Below, one piece after another: positions 33,601-46,785 of a stretch of DNA of 64,000 nt. A program made the translations under genes and the position numbers. The stretch lies in assembly GCA_977016875.1 (NCBI GenBank), contig CDRNST010000080.1, forward strand, positions 310,001 through 374,000, in the 5' to 3' direction. Below the pieces are notes generated by a model. The model was not told where the DNA came from. It saw only the letters and a list, made by a program, of their open reading frames with translations, and did not search any database. Numbering within the stretch: the stretch's first letter is position 1; each line of letters opens with the position of its first letter. This DNA comes from Pavona decussata. Lineage: Eukaryota.

Positions 33601-36600
33601 CTTCCACCCGATGACAAAGTTCCCCATCCAGTTATCCAGCACCTCTTGCTTGCGTTGTCAATTGGAAGAGCGTTGCTTGGATTTGGCAAACAAACAAGGC
33701 CAACTCCTTTCCCAAGGACAGCAGGGCTTTTAAGTTTGAGCAGTGCTATGTCGTGGGCGTAGCGCATTGGTTTGTGATAATTTTCATGATTAATAATTTG
33801 TTGAACGTCGATGGTCTGCTCTGTACCCACAGACCCACTTACTCTATAATGAGCTCCCAATCTAGACAGGGTATAATCAAACAGGAAGAAACAAAACATT
33901 TGTGTTGTGAAAAGTGGGAATCCTACCCATGCGACATAACTAGGAAACATTTATAATAGGTATACAGGGTGCTCTCTCACAACATGGTTGTTTTCAGAGA
34001 GGTCCTTTACATAAAAGTTATAAACGATTAGAGATTCAATTACAATAGTTAAAATTTGCCCTACTAGATACACATATGATAAGAACTCGCATGAATACTT
34101 AACAATTATCCTGTGAAATCGCGCGGAATATCGCCTGATACTTAGCCGACGAAGCCGTTGGCCGACAATCAGTCACCTTTCTGCAAATTGTAGTTAGGGG
34201 TTCAGAGCCAGTTAAAATTTTCAAAAGCTTAGGTGGCTCCAGACCATTCTCTACGATTTCGTTTAAACGTTGCAAAAAGTTGTATCTGAACATGTTAATT
34301 CGCAGTCTTGTAACAGAAATCGGATTACCTAGCTCGTATATCTTGAGTAATATTCACTTAAACTAGTTTTCTAACATGCTACACTGTTGCTATGGTAACA
34401 AGCCTTGTCAAGAAAGTGTTTTCGACTTGTTTACTAATGATTAACAATTTTTTGGGGTTAAATAATGGAAAAAACGTGCAAGGCTGATTTCAAGTTCAGG
34501 GAAATATATATTTTAAAATATTTTAAAAGGCACGGCCTCTCTTCTTAAGTAAGAGCAAGACCCTGTGGTAAAATAGTTACATTACTTTTCAAATACCATT
34601 ATTTAATTAGATTTAAAATAAAGTGGTGTCTCCTTTGATGGGTTAAAATGTTACAAAGGTCTTCAATACGCACAGGCAATCGCGCGCATTCCTGTTCTAA
34701 GATGACACTAAATACGTAATTTATAAAGCAGTCGCCTTGTAAACTTTAGGAATTGAACAGTTGATTATTTTTAAATACTCACGTCACTCTCAAAGATGAC
34801 GGACTCCGTCCATGGACACAATGAGCAGCTGTTACAACCCACAAGGGATGCACGAGTGACCCTCCACAGAACTGCCTACCGGAAGTGGTGACCAACATTG
34901 CTTGCCATGGCCAGCTGTTAACCTTTGCATTATCGCCGCCCACGATACGAGAGTGAGATGGTCTTGAGCCGCAATCTTAAAAATGAAGAACTTATCGTTA
35001 CATCCTCGTTTATTTCCTTTGAACACGGAAGATAGTGATCACTCTTTTGAGAAGTTTTCAAGTGTGTTTACAGAGCTCTTTTTGAACACTCTTATGGCTA
35101 AAGGAAAGTATTATTAGCAACACTGAAGCATGTTTTAGCCACCCGGATCTCTTTGCAAAGAAGTTTGTTTGGTCTGGCCTTGGATAAGCAGGAACGGTAA
35201 CTAAACTGGAAAAGTTGTTTAGTTCGTCCAAAAAGTGAGAAATACTCTATTAGAACTGTTTAAACGACGCTTAAAAGAATATATAAGAAAGAAAGAAAGC
35301 ATTTGCCTTCCGACATATCAGGAATGAGCAAAAGAAACGATTTAAATCTTCTTATATTCAAAATGTTGCATGACAAGTTCAGATAAACGCTTTAAACTGG
35401 ATTGGATGGATTACAAAAAGCTCGTACAGAGGGTGTTGCAAGGAATCTGGCTTCCTTTGATTATTAAGCTCACAGCTGTGTGCTATCAATACTGAAACAT
35501 CAACCAAACCTCCAGGTGGCGGAGCTGGTGTTTGTGGTGGAGGTGGAGTTGGTGGTAAGCCTGAGCAACTTCCTGGCCTCAGTGAAAAATCGTCAATGGC
35601 GATGTCCCCTTGCCAGCTTGATCCTCTAACCCCTTCAAACAACACTTGGACCTTAAAACAAAGAGAGTAGTGATATCAGGGTCGGGCGATAAAGCAAACT
35701 TTTTCATGACTGATCATGGAACACGATAATTAATATCTAAAACAAAAATAAATGTCCTAAATTAGTCATTGAGCACTGCAATTCCTCCCTAGGATCTTTG
35801 ATCAATTGCAAACATCGTATTACAATCTTTCTCACCTCGTTTTATTACCAATCGAGCTTTCATTGTGTTCTCTAATGAATATGTTGTCACAGCGGCCGTA
35901 TGTATTGAATCTGCCATTTTTAATAGTGGGTTTTTCAGAAACTACCTCAATTGAACCCAAGTCATAACAAATTGCTAAAACAAACTTGAAAAATAAAATG
36001 CGACAGAAAATTTACGGAAGAGAATTTTATATGAAAAGCTGGCTTGGTTTTCTGATTTTATTTTGGCGCAAGTAATACATCATTCAATTCCTGCGGTGCC
36101 CATCACCTTATTTTTTACTTGTTTTTGACTGCCGTGCTGCATTTGCAAGTTGTTTTAAAATATCCTAGTCCTGGCCGGTAGCGCGTTTGATTAGCTCATG
36201 ACATGTGAACCACCTGCTAGAGAAGCTTTGCTCATATTGTGTTTTTCCTTTGGTATGAACGGATAATGAACAGTAAAGTCGACGTCAGTTGATGAACGAC
36301 CACTTGAATTCATCTGGCAGTAGAGACAAACGGTTTCGATTCGAAGATGTTTGGTTTTTTCAGATTCCAGAAAATTTAAAATTTTTAATTTTGTTGTCCT
36401 TTTAAGTGTGTTTTGTTTTGTCTTTTTTTTTATATTTTAATATACTATGTTTTCATATGCAAGTTAATATTTAAGTTTTGCAGCATGGATTACTAGAAAC
36501 TGTCTCGTAAATACGTCGTACTTACGGCACTTCCGCTTGCAGTGATGTCAACCTCGGCTTTCTGCCAGTCAGTTCCTTGGCTTCCTGACTTGGAAAATTT

Positions 36601-37845
36601 TATCTGACCACCACTGTATACTTTCAATGCACCAATAGCTCCTCCCTTCATGTGGTAATAGAAGGTCATGCAAAAACTACCGCTTCCAGCAGAAGTAAAT
36701 GAAAGCTTGGCGTTGTCATTTGGCACCCTTGGACTCGAAGTCTCAATGTAAATGTATTTTCCTTGAAAAGACAGATAGCAATCAAATGAATCCCAGACGA
36801 GAGTTTCTAAAACCTTCCGAAAGTATTTCAGGAGTAAAAGACTGTTTTACGGGCACAATGTTCATTTCCATAAAATCGAAAAGCTCAGGCGTCGAAAACT
36901 TAACACGATGAAAAACACATGGGACTAGTTGATACGAAAAAACTACCACCCGTTAAGAAAAAACGGGTCGAAACTTCTTCCAGGTCGCAAATTCAAACAG
37001 AGACGTCAGCGGGAGTGTGAAAAGATCGTTTATGATAAGAATACAAACTAATAAGAATAAAGTATAGGGTACTCTTTGTCGTCCCCATTCTGACTCAAGA
37101 TCTTCTTTTTAGTTAATTGTATCCTCCAACCGCCCGGAGGATGTTTAGGTTGAACCTTTATTCATAATTAAATTGTAAAAAGTAAGATTACTGTATGTGT
37201 ATAATGTAAGCGAAGCACCGAACCTGCTAGGGATATGTGTGTGTGTGCATTTGCATGTNNNNNNNNNNNNNNNNNNNNNNNNNNNNNNNNNNNNNNNNNN
37301 NNNNNNNNNNNNNNNNNNNNNNNNNNNNNNNNNNNNNNNNNNNNNNNNNNNNNNNNNNNNNNNNNNNNNNNNNNNNNNNNNNNNNNNNNNNNNNNNNNNN
37401 NNNNNNNNNNNNNNNNNNNNNNNNNNNNNNNNNNNNNNNNNNNNNNNNNNNNNNNAAACCTCAATCAAAATCCTATTTGCAAACAACCTGCTGTTAAAAC
37501 ACTAGTCATTGACAAATTCTAAAAAATAGAAGCAATTTAACCTTACATAAAAGAAGAGGAAATAGATACAATTAATAATAAAAGTTCAAAACTATAAAAT
37601 AAAGAATTCCATCATGCAGAGATATCAAGGTCATACAATCGAATTATACTAATGACGGCTTAGCCAGTGTCCATAAAAAGCCCCAAGTATAAACGCATAT
37701 AGACACGTATTTCAGATATCTGCACAAGCGACATTTATTTCACAGTCTAATGATTACTTTATCTTGCTACAAAACGGCGTACGCGAACCTCTGACGCATG
37801 CATGTACCGATCTTAAGAGTTCAAACGAGATCTGTGTCCTGAGCC

Positions 37846-37906
<61 letters not shown>

Positions 37907-40900
37907 TAAAAGATCCTCCGACTGCCCTAATCCCCCTTTTTATGGCTTCATAAATTTAGTAATGCAAAGATTGACCGTATTTATCACAATTCTTACAATA
38001 GGCCCTGACTTCTGATAACCGCTCCAATTTTGAAATGGGCGTACGTAAACACGTAATACTCTCCGTCGTTAGAGTTTTGTGTTTGAACAGAATAATAACG
38101 AAGCTTAATGACATTTATGTTTCGAGGTTCATCTCACATCTCTGTACAAGTTTTACAGGACCTTGTCGTATTCTCATCAGCATTTCTCATATTTTATCGA
38201 ATTTTTTATTATTTAGTCAACTCATAGTAAATGTCCTGTCTACAACAATAGGTGGCCTATTTGGAGTCCATAAAAAGAAACTTGATCTCAGTAGGCCGTA
38301 CGCTATATCGTTTAAGAAACGTTTGACTATAAAGTTGTGTTAAAACATTACTTAAAATCTTTTTTAAGAGTTTCAAAAACTGGCTAAAAAACGACGACTT
38401 TTGAACGTTGGCTTAACGTCACTATAATTATAGTCAAAAAGTGTATACATTGTAATCAATAAACACTAAAAAAAACAATGGACGATCAAAAAGCTGTAGC
38501 GTAAGAAGAAAGTCACAAGTTAAACAAAATTAAATTTTTATACTCACCTGATCCACCATGACCTGCTGATGGTCCTGTACCGGAGGATGTTGTAGAGCCA
38601 GACCTCAGTGTCCAGTCAAATTTGTCTGATGTTTCCTGTTTCCATCCCGAGCACAAACCGCTGTCAAAGGTGCACGACACTGGAGAGGAAGGTAAGAAGG
38701 TCATAAATCACAAACACAGTGTCCTATTCTTTGCAGATTAATTAAAATTAGGTTGAGAAATACTGACAAGTGAATTCCAGAACTGAAGGAAAAAATGGGC
38801 GAGGGCAAACTATATGTGAGCAAATTTTCTTTTGGTTTGTCCAACAACATGGCGGCACTGAAATCCACCCATAGAAGTGAAGCGAAGCAAATATTTTTTG
38901 ATTGATTAATAAACGTTGCCAATTTAAAATTAGTAGCACATATATCATTACGTGTCGGATCACGTTTAAAACTTATCTTTGGCTTATTTTCATTTCTGGG
39001 TGAAATGTAATTTTGGCTTATTCTTCGAGAGGAGGCAAACAAACATCTCTATTGTATACCTTTTTGTGTCGGTGGTGGAGTTGCCGGCGGCGGTGGAGTT
39101 GGCGGTTGCGCAGTTGGTGGTTTTGGACTAGGCGGGGTTATTCCAATCTTTGTTAATATCCATGACCTCACTTCACCAACCTTAGCATAAACACCATACT
39201 TCTTAGCCATAGCACAGCCATATCCCCAGCTGGTGACACCCTCCAGATGCCATTTATTGTTATAATCACAAACCAGCGGTCCACCACTATCACCTTGGCA
39301 GGCATCAACTCCTCCTTTGTCCAGACCAGCACATAACATGGAGTCATGAATCTTTCCCGGATAAGCCACCAAACAACGCGATTTTGACACCAGTGGAACC
39401 GAGGCTTGCTGGAGGATATTAGGTTGACTTCCACCCGATGACAAAGTTCCCCATCCAGTTATCCAGCACCTCTTGCTTGCGTTGTCAATTGGAAGAGCGT
39501 TGCTTGGATTTGGCAAACAAACAAGGCCAACTCCTTTCCCAAGGACAGCAGGGCTTTTAAGTTTGAGCAGTGCTATGTCGTGGGCGTAGCGCATTGGTTT
39601 GTGATAATTTTCATGATTAATAATTTGTTGAACGTCGATGGTCTGCTCTGTACCCACAGACCCACTTACTCTATAATGAGCTCCCAATCTAGACAGGGTA
39701 TAATCAAACAGGAAGAAACAAAACATTTGTGTTGTGAAAAGTGGGAATCCTACCCATGCGACATAACTAGGAAACATTTATAATAGGTGTACAGGGTGCT
39801 CTCTCACAACATGGTTGTTTTCAGAGAGGCCCTTTACATAAAAGTTACAAACAAATAGAGATTCAATTACAATAGTTAAAATTTGCCCTACTAGATACAC
39901 ATGTAATAAGAACTCGCATAAATACTTAACAATTATCCTGCAAAACTGTGCGGAATATCGCCTGATACTTAGCCGACGATGCCGTAGGCCGAGTTGGCTA
40001 AAATCAGGCGATACTACGTATGATCGAGCAGGATAATTGTTTTATTATTCAACAAATTGATAACAAAGCACAGGTTTATAGCAGAAGAGCTGGAGACGAT
40101 CTTTATTTGTCAAAAAAGAAACTTGTAACATTTGACCGCGCGCGGACGTGGATGAATGAAAGTGGCAGGTTTGTTTAAGTTTGAATAAAATCGAGAGCGT
40201 TGTCTGAACTTGCTTCGAAATTGAGTACTCGTCTAGTGCGCCAATCGCTCCGGTAAAAATGTCCACAAAGTTATTTCCTCAAAAGCTGAAACCAAACAGT
40301 ATTTTCAAGTTGCCAAGGATTTGTTGCGTCAGCTGAACCGAGCTGCAGCTGAACAGACTGGGAAAGCTTTTCAACGATTTCTTACGTGAGTGTTTCTTTG
40401 TTTACTACGCAAGCAATTCCACCATGATCTTTCCTCGGTGTTTTGACAAACGAGTCTAGTGACGTACGCGTTGCTTGTAACAACTCTGGATCTGTTATGA
40501 TAATAAACGGGTTTTTTCAGCCAGTTCTAATGCTTCTGAGAGGAATTGCCTTGTACTACTTCTATCTTTTTGTCTACCAGAGAGATAAACTTTCTCGAGG
40601 CACTTTGCAAGCTCGGTTTTGTAAGGTGGTTTTCTCCATCTCTTCAAGACGAGTCGAGAACTCTGTTTAATTGTTGCGAGTACCAATCTAAGAAAATACT
40701 GTTTGTAATTTCCGAGTCTTTGCTACATTACGGGACAATACAAAAGTCTAGCCAAAAAAAAAAAAAAATCGCTGAACTGTAATTTGCCAGTTCATAAACA
40801 AAAAGGTAAGCTTATGCAGTAAGAGTTTTTGCACTAACCATTACAAATCTTGACAGCAAACTTCGTTGTCTTCTTTGTGTTTTATGAAACAGCATTATCA

Positions 40901-43900
40901 ATAATTTGGTGTACCTGTAAGGTGGTTACTTTTTGAAAGCGCTCTGCCATTTTTCTTCCCGATAGACCAAATTACGTATATCGCAGGATATCTGTTATGT
41001 GCGGACGAAGTATATTGTGTTCACCATGACCATATTTGGGCAGTGTAACAATGTGTTGAAAAATAAAATATGTTATTCAAAGGCACCTGTGAGCCAACTC
41101 ACGAATGCAGAAGTAAATAGCAGCAAGGTATAAAACATTGTTTGCATTGTGTTTTGTTGGCCCAGAACTCGAAATATAAGCCACAATGGCTAAATAAGGG
41201 GCGTCCCTGGCATCTTATTCCACATCCTAGGCCACTTCAAGTAGATTTTTAGCCGTTGCCCTCAGCAAGATTGAGCTCCTTGAATTGTTTTGTATTTTGT
41301 AAGAAAGTTTTAAGTTTGGAAATTGTTTGGAGCTTTTGGAATGGTTGTTTTATAAAAGCCAAAAGAAAAAAGAAAAAAAAGTTCTCCGTTACTTCGGGAC
41401 TCTTTGCGTCTAAGTCAGCGAGCTACGCCACTAAACAATATTGTCCACAACTTCTGAACGAGAGATTAATTTCTGTATTTGTAAGTTGTTGAGGGTTTTG
41501 AATTATCTGGCACCTGTGGCGCTAGGATTTTAACGGTCAAATTACTTCGGACCGCGAAAAACGAACACGCGAATGAGCAGAGAACACCGTCAACGTTTCT
41601 CCATCACATTTTCTGCTTCCATTTTGCGGGAAATCCCTGTAGACTTGGACGACAATCTCGGCCTTGAGCGGTTTTAAACGCGGCGCTTTCAGTCACTAAA
41701 GTAAGAAGTTGTCCCTTAGTTTCACTGTAGTTTCCCGTCAATGGAAGGAGTTAGCAGACAACACACCTACTAGTGTTTACTCTTAAGAATGAGTGATTTT
41801 ACGCCCTTGTTTTTTGTCCCGTAATGGCGGCTGATGGTGAATAGAAAAACTATACGCAGACTCATGAATAATTTATGATTTTGATTAAATTCCGATTAAA
41901 TTAATATAAAGTTTGCATTCGATCGAGCGAGCGAACGAGCGAGTGAAATTCATCCCAAATTACGATAACTCGTTCATTGGGCATGCTTAAAAAATCTGGA
42001 TTTGAACTCTCTCAGTTTCGTTGACGATCTAATGTCCCCAGTCATCGGAATTGACCACCGAAAATGTCACGATGGACTTACAGTTGCAGTAATATAAAAT
42101 ATGAAAAAAGCTGAAAATGGTCAGGTGAACTACAGTTGAAGTGAACAAGAAAGCACAGAGGAAAATCTGAATATTACCCTCTATCCTATCCTAGCCAGAA
42201 GGACCAATTAAAGAATTTTGTTCAAAGGTAACATCCTTCAGCTTAAAGTTGCTGACACCTGTTCCATTACTGTCAGGAACTTATAAATAAGATCACCCTT
42301 TAGCAGCTGATGTAACAGTAATGACATCAAAGAAATTACTCATTATAGGTGAACAGGTTATGTTTGTTTCCTTGATATAATAGGTTGCCATAGCAAAAGT
42401 ATAACGTTTTTATACACACGCCTGGTTTTAGCTTTAAGTGGCTATAACTAAAAAACGATGCCACTCCAATCAGTCAACTTTCTGCAAAGTTAAAAAAAAT
42501 TGTAGGTAAGGGTTCAGAACCACTTTAAATTTTCAAAAACTTCGGTGGCTAAGGATCATTCACTACGATTTCGTTTAGACGTTGCAAAAAGTTGTATCTG
42601 AACATGTTAATCACAGTCTTGTAACAAAAATCGGATCACCTAGCTCGTATATCGTGAGTAATATTCACTTAAAGTAAAAATAAGAAGTGTTTTCTAACAA
42701 GCTACACTGTTGCTATAGTAACCTACTTTGTCAAGAAAGTGATTTCGACTTGTTCACCAATGATTAATGGAAAGGTGAGGAAAAAATATATTTTTGCAAT
42801 ATTTCGAAAGGCACGGCCTTTCTTCTTCAGGAAGAGCAAGACCCTGTGAAGAGTTACATTACTTTACAAATACCATTATTTGATTAGTATTAAAATAAAG
42901 TGGTGTCTCCTTTGATGGTTCAAGATGTTAGACAGGTCTTCAATACGCATGGGCAATCGCACGCATTCCTGTTCTAAGATGACACTAAATACGTAATTTA
43001 TAAAGCAGTCGCCTTGTAAACTTTAGGAATTGAACAGTTGATTATTTTTAAATACTCACTTCACTCTCAAAAATGACGGATTCCGTCCTTGGACACAATG
43101 TGCGGCTGTTACAACCCACAAGGGATCCACCAGTGACCCTCCACAGAACTGCCTACCGGAAGTGGTGACCAACATTGCTTGCCATGGCCAGCCGTTAATC
43201 TTTGCATCATCGCCACCCACGATACGAGAGTGAGATGGTCTAGATCCGCAATCTTAAAAAAATAAAGAATTTTATCGTTTACTTCCTTTGAACACGGAAG
43301 ATAGTGATCAGTACTTTGAGGTGTTTTCAAAAGTGTTTTCAGAGCTCATTTTGGACACTCTTGTGGCAAAAGGAAAGTATATATTATTTGCAACATTCAA
43401 GCATGTTTAAGCCACCTGATCTCTTTGCAAAGAAGTTTGTTTGTTCTGACCTTGGATAAGCAGGAACGGCAACTAAACTGGAAAAGTTGTTTAATTGGTC
43501 CGAAAAGTAAGAAATACTCTATTAGAACTGTTTAAATGACGCTAAAAATAATTGTATAAAAACAGAACATTATATAAGAATTATATAAGAACAGGGCGTA
43601 AATTTTTTTTAGAATCTACATAGACCTACAATAGCAAAAAATCAATAATCCCGATCTTAAACCTTATCAAGTTTAGATAATGAACCCTTTTTCTTGTTCA
43701 TTTTAATTCATTCTGCCATTGTTCTCAACTCTGAAATTTAGGATTTGTGCAGATATTTTCGGTTTTCCGACCATTTCTTTGCCAAGTTGGATGACATTCG
43801 CAAATGGAAATCGCAGTTATCTTCTACAAAATAGTCAATATCAATAGCATTTCGATGTTATATCAATTTAATATTAATCCTAGGAAACTGCAAGTAAACG

Positions 43901-44372
43901 TGTACACGCCACAAGAAAAATCGCTCACAGTTATTTCAGTATCTACTGTTTAGCAAAAAGACTTTCAAGTCAACAGCGAGTGAATTACATGTTCTGGATT
44001 AAGTCGACTTTTCTGACTTTGCTGTGGGGCGAATTAAGTATATTTTGTGCCTTTCTGTTTTTTGCAAAAGAAAGAGAAAATAAATCTCCTGAGAATTCAA
44101 GTGAGGATTCGAAAAATCTAACAACGAAATGGTATTAAAGTCTGGTTAAAACGTTTTTCAGTAATTGTCCTAAATATACTGTTGATTGCTAAAATTGAAT
44201 AGTTAAAACTACTTAAAAAATACAGAATCTGTGTATATTTTCTTTTCCATTACTGCCGTGGATTAAAAGATTTTGATAACAACTGTGTAATGACATAAAA
44301 TCTTGACTTACCCTTTGAGTGCGAGGAAAAACTCCCAACAATGAAACAGCAAACCAAAATCACAATCTTCAT
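21759..44372 (-). CDS. Gene B: secreted polyserine protease, about 1210 aa (signal peptide - trypsin - MAM - trypsin - MAM - ShKT - elastase/chymotrypsin-like S1)
   Basis: 17 phase-compatible exons: 44372-44312, 43252-43060, 39688-39060, 38679-38548, 36761-36526, 35651-35510, 34975-34783, 33861-33233, 32852-32721, 30402-30167, 29279-29138, 28165-28040, 27016-26922, 26147-26050, 25429-25188, 22318-22211, 21997-21759. They sum to 3633 nt and end in TGA. AATAAA at 21727-21722 and 21671-21666. N-gaps fall only in introns. Confidence 0.78.
22486..24389. mobile_element. 1.9-kb non-autonomous TIR element (TGT...ACA ends, 4-bp TSD; Ginger-like)
   Basis: GATC|TGTACAGGCCC...GGGCCTGTACA|GATC, with subterminal AAATGATCCCC repeats. 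The empty site CAAG-GATC-CTTCAATACG is in gene C at 50985-50988. Confidence 0.85.
22971..23277. mobile_element. Nested MITE-like element with two internal hairpins
   Basis: TIR AGGTGGCCCAACCTCAAGCTGTGAGC / GCTCACAGCTTGAGCTGGGACTACCT; hairpins at 23071-23141 and 23160-23225. Confidence 0.6.
27018..27099. repeat. (TAA)~27 microsatellite abutting a splice acceptor of gene B
   Basis: Minus strand reads (ATT)n-AG|exon starting at 27016. Confidence 0.95.
27210..27385 (-). mobile_element. Degenerate tRNA-derived SINE (paralogous copy at 53833-54008)
   Basis: Minus strand GGAGGCTACCAAGTGGCCGAGCGATTAAC...GAACTTGAAATCCGG head, followed by CCCCGAGATCAACTGCTCGG...TGTAAATAGTCAA body. Confidence 0.5.
28040..28165 (-). 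CDS. Gene B ShKT domain exon (not in the ORF track)
   Basis: [42 protein letters not shown]; 126-nt phase 1-1 exon bounded by CAG and GTAGG; C-x3-C-x2-C terminus typical of ShKT. Confidence 0.85.
28403..28526 (-). pseudogene. Truncated relic of a third trypsin first exon
   Basis: [42 protein letters not shown], after which homology stops. No AAHC, no donor and no partner exon. Confidence 0.8.
29138..32852 (-). CDS. Gene B MAM domain 2 plus Pro-rich linker (exons 32852-32721, 30402-30167, 29279-29138)
   Basis: [11 protein letters not shown]...FDWT...TGPS..H; YMYIETS...CMTFYYHM; FEGVRG...GDIAIDD....GSC. Confidence 0.92.
30550..30629. repeat. (AAT)n microsatellite
   Basis: Seen directly; homologous runs at 37846-37905 and 57123-57205. 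Confidence 0.95.
33233..34975 (-). CDS. Gene B trypsin-like domain 2 (exons 34975-34783, 33861-33233)
   Basis: CGSRPSHSR|[25 protein letters not shown], Pro-rich tail. Confidence 0.95.
35510..38679 (-). CDS. Gene B MAM domain 1 plus Pro-rich linker (exons 38679-38548, 36761-36526, 35651-35510)
   Basis: Same MAM motifs and identical exon sizes (132/236/142 nt) as MAM domain 2. Confidence 0.92.
37846..37905. repeat. (AAT)n microsatellite
   Basis: Seen directly in the sequence. Confidence 0.95.
39060..43252 (-). CDS. Gene B trypsin-like domain 1 (exons 43252-43060, 39688-39060)
   Basis: CGSRPSHSR|[25 protein letters not shown]. Confidence 0.95.
39925..40980 (-). mobile_element. Degenerate Crypton-like (DUF3504 tyrosine-recombinase family) element
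   Basis: Minus-strand remnants [10 protein letters not shown]...[19 protein letters not shown] (ATG at 40950) and [18 protein letters not shown]. Terminal inverted repeat AACAATTATCCTG / CAGGATAATTGTT at 39928-40041. Boundaries are approximate. Confidence 0.55.
44312..44372 (-). CDS. Gene B first coding exon: signal peptide
   Basis: [20 protein letters not shown] followed by G|GTAAGT; phase 1 matches the acceptor at 43252. Confidence 0.8.
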
Positions 44373-46674
44373 CCTGCTCCAAATGTTGAATACGAGTAAC
44401 GTTTGCTGTAAATGTTCTTTCATTTATGCAGTCTTAAACGTATACAGCTGCTCCGAATGCAAACATAGTTTAACGAGGTCATAAAACGGTTATACAACAA
44501 AGTTTGGAGGAAACGATCTCTTTGTCATGGTTACTCTAATATTTAGTCACAATTAACACTACAATAGACAACCTGAAGCCCACGTTATAGGACAAAGCAC
44601 GGGGGCCTCAGGGATTTGAAAGTTAATTCACGAAATTATTTTAAGGATAAGGGATGACTGTCACAATATAATAATTGTAGGGAGGGTTAAGGTATAATTA
44701 CTTGAGTTTTAGAGATATCTCTACCCTTGATTTTAGTCTGGGTCTTCTTCACGACGGTGCCTCCGGATACAAACGTATTTTGCATCAGTAACATGGTTTA
44801 TTATTATGCAGGAAAAGCAGATCAAAAAATTTGCTATGGTGCTAAACAAAATTAGGGGTAACTACGTAGTTCGTACGGATAATTTTAATTTTCAAAGCCT
44901 CTTAGAATTATTGTTGTTTAATTCTCTCTGGAAATACGTGCCGTTGGTAAGATCGGCTTTTCCCGCCTAGCCGTAAATCGCGCATAAATACCATTATATA
45001 AAGAGGCACCATCCTCGGAATGCCTTTCCCATCTCTTGTAATGGAACGTAAAAAACAACTATAACCTTATTTGTGTGAAAGTACGTAAGCCGGTAGTGTT
45101 CCAGGTATGAATCAATCATTTCATTTCATTGTCAAAGATGCAACAATTGGGGAAAATTTGAAAATTTAATGTAACAAAAGTGCATAAATGAGCGTGATAT
45201 AGTCTTCTTAAAACCACTAAGAAAAGGGAAAGAGAACTACAGCAACTATTAAGTGTGATGGTCTTACTCAATTAAATCAAGGTAAAAATAGTCGAGAAAC
45301 TTTTTTTTTTTTTCAACTCCAGAAAATAAATTTTTAAGATTATTTCGTTTAGAACCTCACAAAAAAGAACGTCGCTGGTAAAAGAGATACTTTTTCAATA
45401 AAATACACAGTATTAGCTGTTCGTTCACTTCAAACAGTTTCCGAAACTGTTTGAAGTGTCAAGGCTTTACAACGAAAATTGGAAACTGTTAGCATCTGTT
45501 GATAAAGACAGTAAGCGCTTAATAATATCAATACATCTTTTTTTTTGTTTGATTAAATATGAAGTAGCTAAGCAGATGTTAAGCCTAATGTAAAATTACC
45601 GTACACAATTCAAGTTCATTACCAACCTTTTACAACACCGCATTTGACTACTTTTGAATATTTGGACTACATTTGAACATTATTACCGTAAATAAATATG
45701 TTTTGTTTTCTTTTAATGAAATAAAGGCACCGCGGATTGCTGAATAAACAAGACCTCCACAGAAATACTACCGGCAACTCTTCGCCTTCAACAAAAGAAA
45801 ACAAATGAGTTAATATGAAAATCCCGACAAACTTAAATTGTTCATTGATGTGTATTTAAGTATACGTTAACGGGATATTGTCACGGAGATTTTGCCCAAA
45901 TAAAAAAAAAAACCTTCTTTAAATTGAAACCGCTTTCTCAAAGAACCGGCAGGAAAATATGAAATGATTTCAGTTGGCCAATTTTTTCGAAGTTGTAGTA
46001 GGACTATTTTTAATAAAAACTGTGCCATTCTTTTATAGTTTCCGTTGATCAAATATGTTTTTTCGCTATTCAAACTGGCACTAAAAATTGGTGATGTCCA
46101 ATGCTTCTTTAAAGCAGAGCGAGGAAAGTCAAAAGTATGAACGGGCCTTTTACTACGACAGACTGTTCCAAGGGCTGTGTTCAATTAAACCTCCATTACG
46201 CAAAAAAACGCTGGGAGGGTTTCTTTTAAACTCAATGTAGCGGATATGGCGTCTTTATCAAACCCAGGTTAATCCGAGTGGAAGTTACGTGCTTTCAATA
46301 AACAGTATTATGCAATTTTTTTCACACCTGTTCTTGTAATCAGCCACATCGTTCAATCACTGTTTTCTAGTATTCCCTTTTGGTATTATGTAACATGTAA
46401 TAAGCTACATTGTTCATTCTAACATCCCGAAATTGATGATGGATACGGTTGTATCCGAATCATGTCTTTCAAATTCAAAAGTGTGTGTATTTTTCTCAAA
46501 TGTTTTATATCTCTCTCATTAAGAAATTTCGGTAATATTCATTTATTTTTTGTATCCGAATCATGTATTTCAAATTCATAAGAATGTGTATTTTTCTCAT
46601 ACTATTAAGAAATTTCGGTAACATTTATTTACTTTTTTGAAAAAGATGATATGTACACGGTGAAAATTCTCAGA

Positions 46675-46785
46675 AAAATTTTTCTGAGCCCCCAGCTTAC
46701 TACGTAAGCTTCCTGCCCTCAGCAGGAATCGAACCCACGACCTTCCAGTTACTGGTCTAAATGCTCTAACCACTAAGTTATAGGT
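46675..46785 (-). mobile_element. tRNA-derived SINE-like fragment
   Basis: Minus strand TAACTTAGTGGTTAGAGCA...GTGGGTTCGATTCCTG (A/B-box-like), degenerate. Confidence 0.5.

Noticed and set aside
33861-33950. Hydrophobic N-terminus [14 protein letters not shown]... of the three 242-aa ORFs as a signal peptide of stand-alone genes
   Set aside because: This is intron sequence upstream of the CTGTCTAG acceptor; these ORFs lack IVGG and the catalytic His, which lie in the upstream exon.
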